Assembly: GCF_006345805.1 (NCBI RefSeq)
Contig: NC_043001.1
Span: 61,628,001-61,692,000, forward strand
DNA: 64,000 nt
From: Octopus sinensis
Lineage: Eukaryota
Direction of reading: 5' to 3'
A program made the translations under genes and the position numbers. Shown here in pieces: positions 12,726-27,269 of this stretch. Positions within the stretch are counted from its first letter, which is position 1. Each line of letters starts with the position of its first letter. The notes beneath the pieces were generated by a model. The model was not told where the DNA came from and made no database searches. It saw only the letters and a list, made by a program, of their open reading frames with translations.

Positions 12726-13346
12726 TATTTTCTCTGTTGAATACTTGTATTCTGGTTTCCGCCTCAAAAAGGACGTCATACTGAATAACTATATCCTACA
12801 AAAGTATATGTTTGTTGGTATGTAAGAAGACATGATCATTACAACAATTTCTTTTAGACTAGGTTTGTTCGAACAAGGCTAACTTTAGATTGAAAAATGG
12901 GAAAGCGAAGTGAATTACAAAGCTTTGACAGCTCTTTGTCATTTCTAATTGAAATTTGAGAATTAAAAAAAAAACTCTTCTTGTGTTGTAACAATTGATA
13001 GATACTTTTACAATCCACATAATTAATATAATTTCAGACATTTGATTTTGTAACAAAATGTACTTTTCAAAAAATTATAATTCCTTATTTCATTTTAACT
13101 TCCATTATATATATATATATATCGATTTGGATTTGGTTTGCAAGATTCTTTATATGAGTTTGTGTGTTGAAGCATATTCACTTGTGTCTGGACTATTGAA
13201 AAGGTTGCAGGACGCAACGAAAATTTTAGGAAAATAAAAATAAGAAATAAGTGGAAATTCTACCGGTGTGTGTGTTATAAAAAGAAAATGACTCTCCCCA
13301 GAAACAACAGTATATATATATATATATAATATATATATATATATAT

Positions 13347-13650
13347 CACGTAATCACGTGACCGACCAGTCCATCAGATGTAGTTACACATCGCTGGTCA
13401 CAATGCGTTCGCATTGTTTTAGCCTTCGAATGACGCCACCCCGCTGGCTAAGCGAGCAGGCCAACAGAAGAAAGAGTGGGAGAAAGAGTGGTGAAAGAGT
13501 ACAGCAGGGATCACCACCCCCTGCCGGAGCATCGTGGAGCTTTTAGGTGTTTTCGCTCAATAAACACTCACAACGCCCGGTCTGGGAATCGAAACCGCGA
13601 TCCTACGACCGCGAGTCCGCTGCCCTAACCACTTGGCCATTGCGCCTCCA
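13347..13650 (-). mobile_element. tRNA-derived SINE
   Basis: Minus strand ggaggcgcaatggccaagtggttagggcagcggactc..ggtttcgattcccagaccggg with A and B boxes. Confidence 0.8.
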
Positions 13651-13994
13651 CTTATATATATTTTGACGTGTGGGGTATCAAAAGATTCAGTAATCTTCGG
13701 CTAACAAATAAACTTTATTTACATTTAAATATTTGCATCACAAAAATTTTACATTAAATTTTATTTTATGATTCAACTATCCTAAACGACATTTTACACC
13801 ACGACGACAACGACATGAGATTTTGTGTGTACCTTAAGACATCTATTTCTCTATATGTTACGAGAAAATACAGTCGCTTACTTTCTCTCTCCCATGCACA
13901 CACACATACATAAAAAAGATGTATCCATAAGTATTTATGTATGTGTATATGAAAGATAATGTGTCTATGTGTGTGATTGAGAGAGAAGGCGAGA

Positions 13995-14140
13995 GAGGTC
14001 AACTTTGCCTTTCATCTTTTCGGGGTCGATTAAATAAGTACCAGGTACGCACTGGGGTCGATGTAATCGACTTAATCCCTGTGTCTGTCCTTGTTTGTTC
14101 CCTCTATGTTTAACCCCCTGTGGGCAATAAGGTAATAGAT
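13995..14140 (+). mobile_element. SINE 3' portion (Nin/Deu-like domain)
   Basis: gcctttcatcttttcggggtcgattaaataagtacca recalled as a conserved mollusc SINE central domain. Confidence 0.55.
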
Positions 14141-14740
14141 ACAACCCGTCTACACATACTTAACATCATATACAAAAGAGCATACAACACCATTCCAATA
14201 AATAAATTATAAATACACACACACACATATATATTCTTTTATTCTTTTTCTTGTTTCCGTCATTTGATTGGGACCATGCTGGAGTATCATCTCAAAGGGT
14301 TTTAATCGAAGAAATCGATCCCAAGGCTTATTCTTTGTAGGCCTGGTGCTTATTCTATCAGCCTATTTTGCCGATCGCTAAATTACGGGACATAAACACA
14401 TCACCATTGATTGTCTGACGATGGTGGTGGGGCAAACATGGATACAAACACACACAAACAGAGACACAGACACACACATAAATATATATATATATATATA
14501 TTGTTTTGTATTTGGTTTGCAAGATTCGTTATGAGAATTCGTATGTTGAAACATATTTTGTTGTCTGGGGAGAGTCATTCTGTTTTCAATGCCTTAGTTG
14601 AGAGTCAACAACAATTGAAGATGTTGCAAGAAGCAGCGAAAATTTTTTAAATAAAATTTTTAAAATAAGTAAATGAGTGGAAATTGAACAGGTGAATGTG
14701 TTAATTAATAAGGTATTAAGAAAGTGTGTATATATATATA

Positions 14741-14784
<44 letters not shown>

Positions 14785-16479
14785 CATGACTTCGCTTAGG
14801 CATAGCGATAATAATAATTTCCAGTTATTGAGAATCTAAATACTTATGCTTTAATATAAAAATTACTTGCAGAAAGAGGTATAAAATAAATTAAAAGAAA
14901 TGATAAAATACCTTTCAGTAGCAATTTAAGCGTCTATTTGCATTCTAGCATCTAGGAGTGTTTTTTTATGAAGTGCTCGTACTTTTAATTCTACAATAGC
15001 TTTAAGTGTGAAGGTGAACATGTATGTAGGTAGGGGTTGAACATGACTCTAAACATTCAAATATATTATTAAAAGGTTCGAGTCAGGCATGAGAGAATTA
15101 GATAATTTCAATCATCAGTATCCTTCTTTCTTCTTACCAGGGGTTATCTCTATATCGTTTCAGTTTCTTCCCACATGTTGTGAATCTTATTAAATTGTTG
15201 AACAACTGAAACACAGTATTAAATATTTAATTATAAGTTGAAATTCTACAGCAACATATTTCTCGTTTTTCATCATATTCTATTCTAACCATTAGTAATG
15301 AAACATTTAACAATATAAGCTCCATTTCGTTACATCAGTGTTATTTCGAAGCAACCCTACAGTCCTTTTGTTAATACAGAACAAACGTTTCTCTCTGTAA
15401 GTTGTTATTTACTATCAACAACACGAAAGATATCCTATCAATCTTACATCTTGAAAGTAATTATATCTGAAAGCATTCTGAAAATACGTAAATAAAATTA
15501 GGCTCTAAGATATAAATTTGAATTAACAAATTTATTAATGAGCATCTCTGCAAATATTGATTAATTACATAGGCACAATATCTATTTTATCAAGGAATAG
15601 AAATTATATGAAAACTCTGTATGATATCTTTGAGTGCACCCATTGTCACTAAGTAATTTGAAAATCTTCTTATGATAAATTTTATTAGAAACTATACTAG
15701 ACTTGTGATAGTTAAGAATATTTATTGTCCACAATCTTAGGCTTTTTAAATGTCTGTCATCACCATTTACTAAATACCGATGTAATATTTCTGGTAACAC
15801 TGAAATAATGTTTATTAGTTCGTCTATTAATGTCATATTTTTTAGTGCGGTATCATGGTGCATTATAAAAATATATTTTAGAGATGCTTCCTGAATTAAA
15901 GATTGTTTCTTAGCTAATTATTTCACACGGTCCAAAGTATTAAAATACGGACCGCATACTACATTCATCTAAATTACAATATTTGTAATTACTTATTTTG
16001 ACAAAGCCAAAATAAGTCTAGTGACAAAGGCTCTGTCAGAAAGGACTTGAATTACAATATAAAGAAATATTTAAATATTTTAAGTTAAAGAATTAACTAG
16101 ATTATCGACTTAAAAGCGTATTCTCTAATGTTAATATTGCAACAATCGCAGCAAACTATGTTTATGGGACGAAGATTTAAGTTACTATTTAAAATCTCAT
16201 TGGCGTCTTTAAAATTTTACTGGTTAATTTATTTATTGGATCATCTTGGAAGGAGGCATATTTTTATTCTGTATATATATTTCTTAGAGATTGAAACTGT
16301 AAACCTCCGCCAAAACAAGAAAGATTAAGTCATTCGATTGTTCCTCTATCCTTCGATATAAGTAGATTTGATTGCTGTCCTCTCATCTACTCTTGACATG
16401 TAAAAGGCATGATGTCTGCATGATTTATTATTTAAAAAAACTTAGCTTTGTTTAACGAGATTCACGTACTGAATCTAAT

Positions 16480-16800
16480 ATGGAACAGATTATTGTCCCG
16501 AGTCCTGGAGAAAAATCGTGTCCTAACTTCTCTAACATCAAATTCTGCTTACTCTCTAAACCACATACCAATGTTCTAAACATACAATTGCGGTGCATTA
16601 ATACAATGAACACAACATCAGTTGAAATATTTACGTTGAATGGTAAAAAATGGGGCAATTCTTCTTTTCGGAATGGTGGAAAGAATTTTCCTGTACTAAA
16701 TTTTGACAGTGACTTCAATACATGTGAGACGATTATCGTCCCTGAATATTTTACTATCTGGGGATACACTCACAGTATTATTACCACATATGCTATCTAA
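16480..16800 (+). CDS. Candidate small ORF or terminal exon, unknown product
   Basis: 106-aa complex-composition ORF (4 Cys) in a repeat-free island, with AATAAA about 100 bp downstream. No recognised domain. Confidence 0.25.
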   Translation: MEQIIVPSPGEKSCPNFSNIKFCLLSKPHTNVLNIQLRCINTMNTTSVEIFTLNGKKWGNSSFRNGGKNFPVLNFDSDFNTCETIIVPEYFTIWGYTHSIITTYAI

Positions 16801-17711
16801 AGAATATCGTATATAATTATATAATACCCGTTGCTTACATTTTACTATACTAGAATTTGTTTTAAAATTCTCTTTATTTCCTCGTTATTAATACATAATA
16901 AAACTCAGTATAACATCTCATAATTAATCAAACATATAATTTGTTTTGCAAGTTAATAACTTTAGCCCTAACTTTGTACATCTGAAAACTATCTTCATGA
17001 TCGAATTGATTTCTGTTGTAGATAATAATACTTTGATGTCCTGTCTGTAAATATCAATTGTTTTGTTTAAAAGAGTTTACAGTCATAAAAAAACGAGTGT
17101 GCGTTCTTGCTACGCTTAAAATATTGGACAGTCTTTCCAATTTCTCTTGTCTATTAAAAGAACCTCAAATGCGAATTTAAGATTTGAAAAAAATGTTTCA
17201 GTTTAATGAAAAAGGTTATTCAGTTTCATTAATTACAGCGGTGTAAATATGTTTTTAAAAAGTATTACATAGACCTTCTCATTCATAATGGAAACGAAAA
17301 TAAATGAAGAACAAAGTTATCCTTTAGATACCATGGAACACATCCCAAATATTTTACATAATTATACAACATAAATAATTAAATGAAGACATGATAACTC
17401 AACACCAACGTGATTCTCACCTTCTAGATGAGTTGTAGAGTTTCACTTACATCAATTTGCATAATGTTGTATTCTGCAGAACGACTTTTTATTTCAAGTG
17501 TGTAAATGTTGCCTTTTGTGCCTTCTATACAAATATGTAAATACGTATCTTTTATAAGGTACAAATAATACATGACGTAGATATCTCTCTTTCTATCACT
17601 CTCTCCTTCTCGGTCTCTTCAATCTTCTCATATATATATATATATATATATAAAATATATATATATATTATATATATATAATACATATAATATATTTGCA
17701 TGTATGTTATA

Positions 17712-17758
<47 letters not shown>

Positions 17759-17764
17759 AAACTT

Positions 17765-18300
17765 TTGGTGAATTGAAGAAATGGAGCTAACGCAGATTGA
17801 ACTCGTTTTATTTCATTCTACACGTGTTTCGAAAGGCACAAATTACCAAAATCCGATTGAATAATGGGACCATATTGTGTGTCTTTCTCTTCATGAAGAA
17901 AAAAGGAAATCCGTTGGAAAAACAAAAACAGAACAAGGGCAGAGCAAAAACAAATCGAACTGCCTCTGCCTCTGTTCTGTTTTTGTTTTTCCAACGGATT
18001 TCCTTTTTTCTTCCTGAAGAGAAAGACACAATATGGTCCCATTATTCAATCGGATTTTGGAATTTGTGCCTTCGAAACACGTGTAGATGAAATAAAACGA
18101 TTTCTGTTCAATCTGCGTTCAGCTCCATTTCTTCAATTCACCAATAATGTTTTAATTTCAATTATCCGCACCAACGCACGGTTGCAACGCCAGATGGTTG
18201 TACCTCCAACCGTGCTGTTCACTGCTGTATTTTTGCTACTAAGGTATCGGTTAAACTTTTGATTAATCTACTACAAGATTATTCATCTTCTCTATTTCAC
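17765..18300. mobile_element. Fold-back (about 190-bp arms) Penelope-pLTR/retrozyme-like insertion in (TA)n
   Basis: 17765-17950 and 17965-18144 are reverse complements, and each arm contains a hammerhead. Confidence 0.8.
18005..18092 (+). ncRNA. Type I hammerhead ribozyme with intact core
   Basis: tttcttc-CTGAAGA-gaaagacacaa...ttgtgccttc-GAAAC-ACGT-GTA-gatgaaa, with palindromic stem III acacgtgt. The mirror copy in the left arm has C3A. Confidence 0.85.
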
Positions 18301-18373
<73 letters not shown>

Positions 18374-18416
18374 ATATTTGTATGTTTATATATAATATAT
18401 ATATATTATATAATAT

Positions 18417-18783
18417 ATACAATTTAGGAATGGCCTAAACAGGCCATTCGTCCACCAGAAAGAGCAGCCAGAACTCAAACCGCCAAGTAGTGCAATTCGG
18501 AAATAAGGTGAAAATTTAAAAACGTTTACCCTAATTCATCTTTTATACGATGCATCGTTTCGGTGTTTTTAGGGTAAACGTTTTTAATTTTCACCTTATT
18601 TCCGAATTGCACTACTTGGCGGTTTGAGTTCTGGCTGCTCTTTCTGGTGGACGAATGGCCTGTTTAGGCCATTCCTAAATTGTTATATTTATATATATTT
18701 AGTCTTTGACTATCTTCTCTTTTCCACTAGGCCGCTGGTAGCGATAAATTTTACTGAATTTTTTGCTACCCTAAATTGATTAT
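18417..18783. repeat. Inverted pair of fragments of the 475-bp retrozyme-like unit
   Basis: Near-identical to the 57.3-62.0 kb unit. Orientation switches at about 18568. Both ends abut (TA)n. Confidence 0.92.
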
Positions 18784-18815
18784 ATATATATATATATATA
18801 TTATACATACATGCA

Positions 18816-18891
<76 letters not shown>

Positions 18892-18892
<1 letters not shown>

Positions 18893-20088
18893 GTGGATAG
18901 GCTAAAATGTTCATAGGTTGACTATGAAGGTGTGATGCTAGAGCTGTGAAATCTTGCGTGCATTAAATTCAAATCTTCTTATTTGTTTCTTCCCAGATAG
19001 ACTGATATCTAACTATTCAAAGAACACTTAAAAGTAACTATCGGCGACTTCCCTTGAAAATGGACAAAGTTTGGCATCATAGTTTTATCAAGGACAGACA
19101 TGCTGACATAGTTGCTATATCAGGAGATGATGCTCCAGCTGTATCAACAGTACAAAAGTGGGCAGCTGAATTTTGGAGGGAAAGGGAGAGTCATGAAGAC
19201 CCATGGTCTGGACATCCTGCGACTGCCAGCACCGTGAAAAAACATTGATTGTATTCACTACATGGTGATGGCTGACTGGTAATTGACTATAAATCAAATA
19301 GCCAATGTTATTAGCATATTCCGTGAGAGAGCTGAGAACATTCTGCACAATGAATTTGGCATAATGAACGTTTCTGCTCGGTGGGTGACACGTCTGACAC
19401 CAGTCTGACACTTGTCAAAAGTGGTGGGCACCACGTCTGACACCTGTCAAAAGTGCACCAGGCTGATCACATCACGGGAAGATTTGACATTGTTTGAGGC
19501 AGATCCAGCAGGTATCCTTGAACGTTTCCTAATCCAGGATGACTACTGAGATCATCACTTTATGTCAAAGACAAAGAGACAATTCATTCAGTGCTCAAAA
19601 AAGACCTAAGTCACTTCATCTGCGAGAAGATAATGACCTGAAATTTTGGAGGATGCAAAAGGCATCGGTGTTATTGACTCTCTTCAAAAGGACCACACCT
19701 TCAATAGAGTGTACTCTGCCAATTTATTGAGGCATTTACAAAAAGCTGTCAAGACCATACGACCAGAAAAGCTGCGAAAAAGGTTTTGTTTCATTAGGAC
19801 AATGCTCCAGCGCACAAGTCCTTGATTTCAATGGCTGTTGAGTGTGATTGTGGCCTTGAACTGATTGGTCACCCTCCCTATTCTACTCAGTGGCCCAATC
19901 TATTCCCCAACATGAAAAAGCAATTCACTGGGAACCAATATCGAAGGGATGATTATGTGATATCGGCTGGAATAGAAAAAAGTGTGTGGATTGCAGACCA
20001 CAGATTAGTTTATTGAAAAATAAATTTGGTTTGGTCACATTCTATAAGAGTGTTTTGATCAGCCTATGAATTTTTCAGACGACCCTCG
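18892..20088 (+). mobile_element. Full-length decayed mariner transposon (irritans-like TIR)
   Basis: Imperfect TIRs cgtggataggctaaaatgttcataggttga / tcagcctatgaatttttcagacgaccctcg with TA flanks. SARWVTRL, DNAPAH and HPPYS remnants. Confidence 0.85.
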
Positions 20089-20104
20089 TAAATATATATA
20101 AACT

Positions 20105-21400
20105 ACTATTCAAAACTATAAAGCCACATGTTTTTTTAAAGATATTTTGAACTTTAACTCTGTACTTAAGTGGACTAAGAGGCATAATATATTGTAAATG
20201 GGTATTTCATGAATACTTTGAAATGTAAACCTTCTATCTTTATTCTCACATTACAATAGCTGATTTCCCAATTTTTCCTAACATATAACCACGTCAAAAC
20301 TATAAAGCCACTAATACGTATTCATTTCTTTCCAGATTGTTTCGGAAAATATTGGACTCACTCATATTCACCGTGATCCTGATAGATTACATTTTCAGTA
20401 TGCCTAAAGCAACAAAGTTTTCCAAAATTGAACAAGTGAAGATTCCTGCACTGAAAGTGGAAGGAATGAGTAACCGGAAGATTGCCAAAAAGATTCGGCG
20501 AAGGAGAACGCCAGTGGACAATTTTGTGAAAGATCCCGACAGCTACAGCAGGGTCCATGCTGGTGGACGTCCCAAGCCTACACCAGAAAGAGATGAACGG
20601 GCTGTGAAGATATCACGCTGCTCTTCTCTTTCCAAAATCAAGTAGGAGTTCGATATCCACCGTAAGAAGAGTGATTTTTAACCATGATTTCCACCTGAAG
20701 AAGCAGATAGGACGTCCGTTACTGTCCCCTTCCCACAAAGCTGCTAGATTAGAGTTTGCGCAGTAGCATCAGACGTGGGATGGTAAATGGACCTAGGTTC
20801 CGTTCTCTGATGAGAAAAAATAGTATTTGGCTGGCCCTGATGTTTATATACATTACTGAGCAGATAACTGCATGCAAAATTCTACATTTTCCAAACGGCA
20901 GAACAGTGGAGAATGTCTTATGGTGTGGGAAGCAATATCTGCCAATGGAAGGCTACCACTTGTCATCATGGATGGCCATTTCAATGCTGTACGGTACATT
21001 GGCACGCTGGATGGGGCTCACATTGACGAAGAAGGAAGAAGGCTCTATGGCGAGAACTTCATATTTCAGCAGAACAGTGCTCCCATTCCTAAAGTAAAGG
21101 TAATTTTGGATTTCCTCCATGCAATTGGAGTTGAAGTCATGTCCTGGCTAGCAAGAAGTCCTTAAATTAATCCCATAGAGAATGCCTGGGGATATCTCAC
21201 AAATGATGTACAGCGAAGGCAAACAATATTCATCAATGTTGATGAACTCGAAACAGCAATAAAGAAGACCTTGGAAGAGCGTCCACGTGATCGACTGCAG
21301 AATTTGATTGGAAGCATGAAATCACGTGCCTTTGAAGTAATTCAGACACGTGATGGCCAAATACACTATTGTTGATGTATTGCATGAGAATATGATTGAA
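20105..21400 (+). mobile_element. Decayed Tc1-like transposon
   Basis: MPKA..GMSNRKIAKKI..GGRPK HTH, SDEKK, MVWEAIS, FQQNSAP, ARSP-LNPIENAWG. Direct repeat caaaactataaagccac at 20111 and 20295. Confidence 0.88.
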
Positions 21401-21496
21401 ATAGATCATGCTTTCCCTGTCTTCATACAGTTTGTGTGTGTATGTGTGTATGTGTGTGTGTGTGTGCGTGTGCGTGTGCGCGTGTGTGTGTTTGTA

Positions 21497-21528
<32 letters not shown>

Positions 21529-22017
21529 CGTGTGCGTGTGCGTGTGTGTTTGTGTTTGGCGATGCAAAGAAAAAAAATAGAACTCGAAATATTGGAAGAG
21601 TCGAATGTGGTTGGTATATTACAGACAAGAAAGTAAATTTCGAACGGAGTAAAGCTGTCAGAACAGTAGAGAAAAATTGGGTGTTTACCCTTAGAAGACG
21701 AAAAAGTTACCAGCAAATCTACAGACATCACTAAAGTGACTGAGAGTACAAAGTGGTATTGGCATTGCTAGAAATAAGAGTCAAAATGATTCATTAGCCA
21801 TAATAGCACTATCTTGATAAGTTGACAAGGGAGGCAAAGCTCCCTGCGATCACAGATGTAACCATATCACAACTGATTTCTAATTTTGACGCAGTGCATC
21901 TTAATTCTTACCAGTGGCTCTTATTGCACCAAGAGAGAAGATCAACTCAACTTGTCAACTTACAATTAAAACCATTGAAAACATGTGCTGATTTCAAAAA
22001 CAGTAGAAATGAAAACT

Positions 22018-22132
22018 ATGAATAATATGGGTGGCTTATTAGCAATTTAACAACCTGATGGCAAATTTATGTGTGTGTGTAAAAATTTGCCTTTAGGTTT
22101 TTAAATTGTTAATAAGCCACCCATATTATTTA
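22018..22132. repeat. Short inverted repeat (about 50-bp arms around a GT spacer)
   Basis: aataatatgggtggcttatt..ggcaaattt / aaatttgcc..aataagccacccatattatt. Confidence 0.8.
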
Positions 22133-22323
22133 TATATATATACTATTCAGCAGACCGTTGTAAAACTATTTGGAGTGTAAATGTGGTAGTGAATAGGTGG
22201 GAGGTTTTACAATAAGTTTCACATCCAAATATATGAAGTTTACAAATTTTATGTACATTTGATTGACTCTTAGCATTTCACGGAGTAATTGCCTGTATCT
22301 ATGTATAGATAGACAAACAGATG

Positions 22324-22399
<76 letters not shown>

Positions 22400-24064
22400 G
22401 ATACATACATACATACATACATACATACATACATACATACATACATACATACGTACGTATGTACATACATACATACATACACACATACATACATACAGAC
22501 AGACAGGCAGAGAAATGAAAGAGAGAGTGCAGTTACACCTATTAGCCATGCATAATGTCAGAATAAATTTAACGATTTCCTAAAATTTTATATCGCTCTC
22601 AAGGTTTGATTGTATTAAATTAGACAATTTTCTCTTTCTCTGTCTTCCTCTCTGTCTGCACACAGACACACACACACACACTCTCCCCCCCTCTCTTTGT
22701 ATATGCTTTACTTTGTATATGCTTTACCTCAATTATTTTCGACAGAGTTGTACGGTTCCCGAAATATCAACCCACAGAAAATGACCAATATTACCTTTTC
22801 ACTATAATAGATTTCGTCGGAAGCATACTTTTGCATAAAGTTCATATACAATGATTTTTAATTCTTCTGTGGCAGATTAAAGGTAGTTTATCATATCCTT
22901 TCAAACAGAAAGCTCGTTACTGTTTTGAACTTTAACTTATTAATAAATCCCCCCATAAAAGAAAGCCTTTTGAGCGATTCAGAAAATTTCAGATTTAAGT
23001 CAATAAATGATTAGTTCTTTGTGTAAGAGAAAAACAGATCCCTGTATTTAATAGGTTCTTAGTCCCTCACCTCAGCAAAAAGATATAACCTTGATCTTCG
23101 ATAGGCTAATAAATATTCTGAAATACGAGATATTATAATGCCTTAAACTGAAACACTTAAGAAGCAAATCGAAGCCGGAATACATTTTCTGCTAAACACC
23201 TTTGAAAATTCTGAGAAAACAGTGAGAAGATAGTGCTAAGACACATTTTAGAAAAGACAACTTTTCAAAATTTTTGAAATGTTTTCATAGATATGATACG
23301 GAAAAATAATTGCAGAAGCAGAAAATACCAATCTTAATTTTTGATGTATAATTATCATCAGTTTGGGAATGACCATGAAACTTAATTTTGCAGTCGAAGT
23401 GTTAATATTATTAAAAAATGCCATGCATTCAAACTACGAAAGATACCATTTAAGAAACGGCGTGAATGAAGGTGTAAAGAAACCAATAATAAAGTTCAAT
23501 CATATCTTTGAAATAATCACGAGTGTATCAACAATGAGACCCTCTACAATGGTTACGCTTAAAATATCCCTTTTTCCTCTCAATTAAAATCCCTTGTTAG
23601 CCCCTCTACATACATTTAAGTTATAAAGAACTTAACAGTTTTATCGCATAATTTGTCAAGCAGTCGTAATGCTTACTCAATTCAAAAATGCGGTGTGAAT
23701 TTGTTTCCAACTTAAGATGTGAATTTGTTTCCAACTTAAGCATTAAGATGTCAACACTTGCCCAGTTAAAAAAATATATATTTAGCACTTGGCGCAATGA
23801 ATCTCCTAAAAAACAGCAAGACATAAGTACAGCAGCAACAGAAAAAAAATGCGCCCAGTATCGGTGGGCAATCGAATATTGCTTTTAGCCATCCGACTGA
23901 ATTCGTTATTAGCGGCAGAAGCTCAAAGAAGCAGAAATAATAAATAACGTCAACACCAGTGCTGGCTGTTTTTAGTTGTCTGCTGATATATTTCTGTCAT
24001 TTTAATGCTTTAACAAGTGTTTTTTCAAGGTAAATACCGTAGTTTAGCAGGCTTTCCACGATAC

Positions 24065-24620
24065 CACAGGGTGTTCGGGCTAAATTTGACAGTTTACATA
24101 AAAGTAAAAGAAGACAAGATATCTCATCCAAAATTAAAAGTATTTTTAAAAATCAAAATATTAACTAAATTATAGCTGTGAGATAACAGTTTATTCAAAA
24201 TAGCTACTCCCAGCTTCCTCCACAACCGCAAGACGACTCCGGAATCTGCTGCATGAGTTCCTAACTCTATCTCTGAGAAGAACACGTCCTTGACCTTGGC
24301 CATCAGCTCGTCCTTGGTGCTGCAAGCAGAGTGGTTGGTATTATCCTTAACCTCGCTTCTTACATGTTAATCCACAGAGTTACTATCAGAAAAATTAGGA
24401 GGCTAGAAATTGGGCTGGTGAAATCGTAGAAATTTTCCAACAACCACTTCTAACTCTTTCGGGAGGCCTTCTAGCAGCAAAGGACCAAGATTCGACCACA
24501 GTTTCCAGCAACTACAAAAACCGTCTGAATTGAGTCCAAAGCCCTGTTCAGACATTGCGCGGTATGACACCCCCCTCCCAACTGGAGACACCAAAAATCA
24601 CAGTTTCGGAGAACTTCGTT
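24065..24620 (-). mobile_element. Tc1/mariner (maT/DD37D-like) 3' fragment
   Basis: cagggtg TIR start. Minus strand LENFYDFTSPNF*PPNFSDSNSVDY and CSRFRSRLAVVEEAG remnants. Confidence 0.6.
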
Positions 24621-26873
24621 TACAGGATGTCTGTGTTACGTCTTTCAGCCTTATTGAACAGCAGTCATGATGTTAGTATTTGACGTCAGTATTTTGATAC
24701 TCGGTGCGAAGGTTACTTATACGTGTTTGCTTGACTTCAAGGAAAATGTGCAAAAATCCTCTCAAATGTGCAATGGACAATGCTGTTTCCGTTATAATTG
24801 GAATTTTCACTTTCTTTAATATAACTCGAATATAATTGCTTATCATTGCATTCTTTTTTTTAACGTTAACATTGCAGTTTCAGTTTAGGTAAACATTCAA
24901 CTGCACACAACCGAGGTTTAATTACTTATGTGTGTGTAAATGTGTGTGCGTATGCGTGTTTGTAGTGGGGCAAACATATACAACTATATAGCAATTTTAT
25001 CTTACTATGTAACAATCTCTTTCGCCCCTTCCCTCTCTCCCTTCTTTCTTCCCCTCTCTCCCTTCTTTCTTCCCCTCTCTCTTTCTCTCTCTCTTGCTCT
25101 CTCTCTCTCTCTCCCTCTCTCTCTCTGTCTTTGCTTCCTCCTATGTCTGTTTGTGAGTCTGTCTTTGTGTGTAAACCGTAATACATATTTCCCAGGAGCT
25201 AAATCCGATATTTTTGTAAACAATGAGCTATCCTTTTTGCTTATTCGAAAATACAGAGTAAATTAAATAATATAACCATAATTAATTCATACACGACGTG
25301 TTATCTGCAAAGTGCTATCTACTTTATCCCATGGTATCCTTTATTAGGTTCTGGAAGAAAATTGTTAATTTGCAGATTGAATTGAGTTTTTGGTAACACT
25401 CTTAGTTGAAGTAGATCCAACCAGAAACAAGTAATTATGCATAAACAACATCGCAATTCCTGCTGGAAACTACGAGTATGCAACAAATTAACAATTGAGT
25501 TTGCAGTCATGGTGTATTTCATCAAGCGAAATACATAAAAAGAAAAAAACTGCATAATAATAAATATTGGTACAAATTATACGAACGTAATATATTGCAG
25601 AGCAACATGTATAACAAAGATATCGGCGCGGAGAGGTTGTGCTTAACTTAGAAACAGCACTATATTCTTGGAAAGGGTTTTGAATCATATCTTGGATTGA
25701 TAAATTACTGATCTAAATATTGTTATTTATATATTTATCTTTATTTATTCCCTGCTTTATCTCACTTTTTATATACATACACACATATATAATGTATATA
25801 CGTAAGCATGTATAAATGTCTGTGTGTGTGTGTATGTATGTATATATATACATATCCATGTCTATATGTCTCGCACCTCTGTGCACTCCCCCACAACACA
25901 GTATTCACTCCAAAAAGCATACACAATGCACACGCGAACAACACAAAAATGCATAAAACTTTCGCACATAAACATACACAATATACATGCATACTATAGT
26001 GTGACACACACACACACATACACACACACTTCAGACATTAACACATACACACGCATACACACGTGCGCACACCACTCGAACAAGCACACACCAACTGCTA
26101 CACACAAGCGTTTGCACACTTACACACACACGATAGCTTCACACACATATACATACATCCAAACGCACAAATACACATGCACACACACTCCACATCATTC
26201 TACATACATCACTCCATACAACGCACGTACTAGGTTACCTATACTTTTACACACACGCCCTCATATGCATACACACTCCCCCATATGCACAGAGATGTCT
26301 CCTTATGCACACACAGGTCGAAGCGCTTTCACACACATATACGCTGACACGGACACGCACATCACTCCGTAAAATGCAGGCACTTATTTGCTTATATACA
26401 TACACACATGCTCAAACACACACACGAAGACCCACCTAATTTTAGACATACCCACACATATATCCACGCGCGCTCGTCCCCATTCACACATACACACTTA
26501 CATACACAATCCTCATATACACACACGCGTTTACGCACCCTAGTTCAGCCGTGTCAGCGTTATCTCCCTCTTACTTAGCCTCTTTCTTCCGGTCGCTTTA
26601 TAATCTAGAAACGCTATTTCCTACTAATTTTTTCTCTCTCCTTTATTTTTTCTCTTTTACGCTCGCTGTCCATTTTTTACCTCTCAATTTTTTCCTGTCA
26701 AATATCCCAGACTCGAAGCGTCAAAGACTTTTCCATCCTTCCCGAACGTCAAACCAATACCCCTGCTTGTTGTTCCCTAACCAGTGATCGTGTTTCTTTT
26801 CCGTAAATTTGAACTATATATATATATATATATAAAGATAGATAGCTAGCTAGCTAGCTAGCTAGATAGATAA

Positions 26874-26934
<61 letters not shown>

Positions 26935-26943
26935 AAGACAGAA

Positions 26944-27000
<57 letters not shown>

Positions 27001-27269
27001 GGCTGACTGACAGACAGACAGACAGATTAATTGATTGATTGATTCTAGTTAAACAAAATTCGGGCAAAACTCCTCGTCGAATGCAGTAGAAAGCTCGTCC
27101 ACAGTTATTGGCTACCTGATGTCATCATATATTAGAAATCTTCCTGGTACTGGACATAACATTAGGATAGATTTCTCTCTCTAACTCTAAATATATATAT
27201 GTGCATGCGCGTGTGTGTGTGTGTGTTTGTGCATGTGTGTGTGTACACATACACACACATACATATATG

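Noticed and set aside
23690-23740. Tandem 24-bp duplication gtgaatttgtttccaacttaag
   Set aside because: Only two copies; an ordinary slippage duplication.
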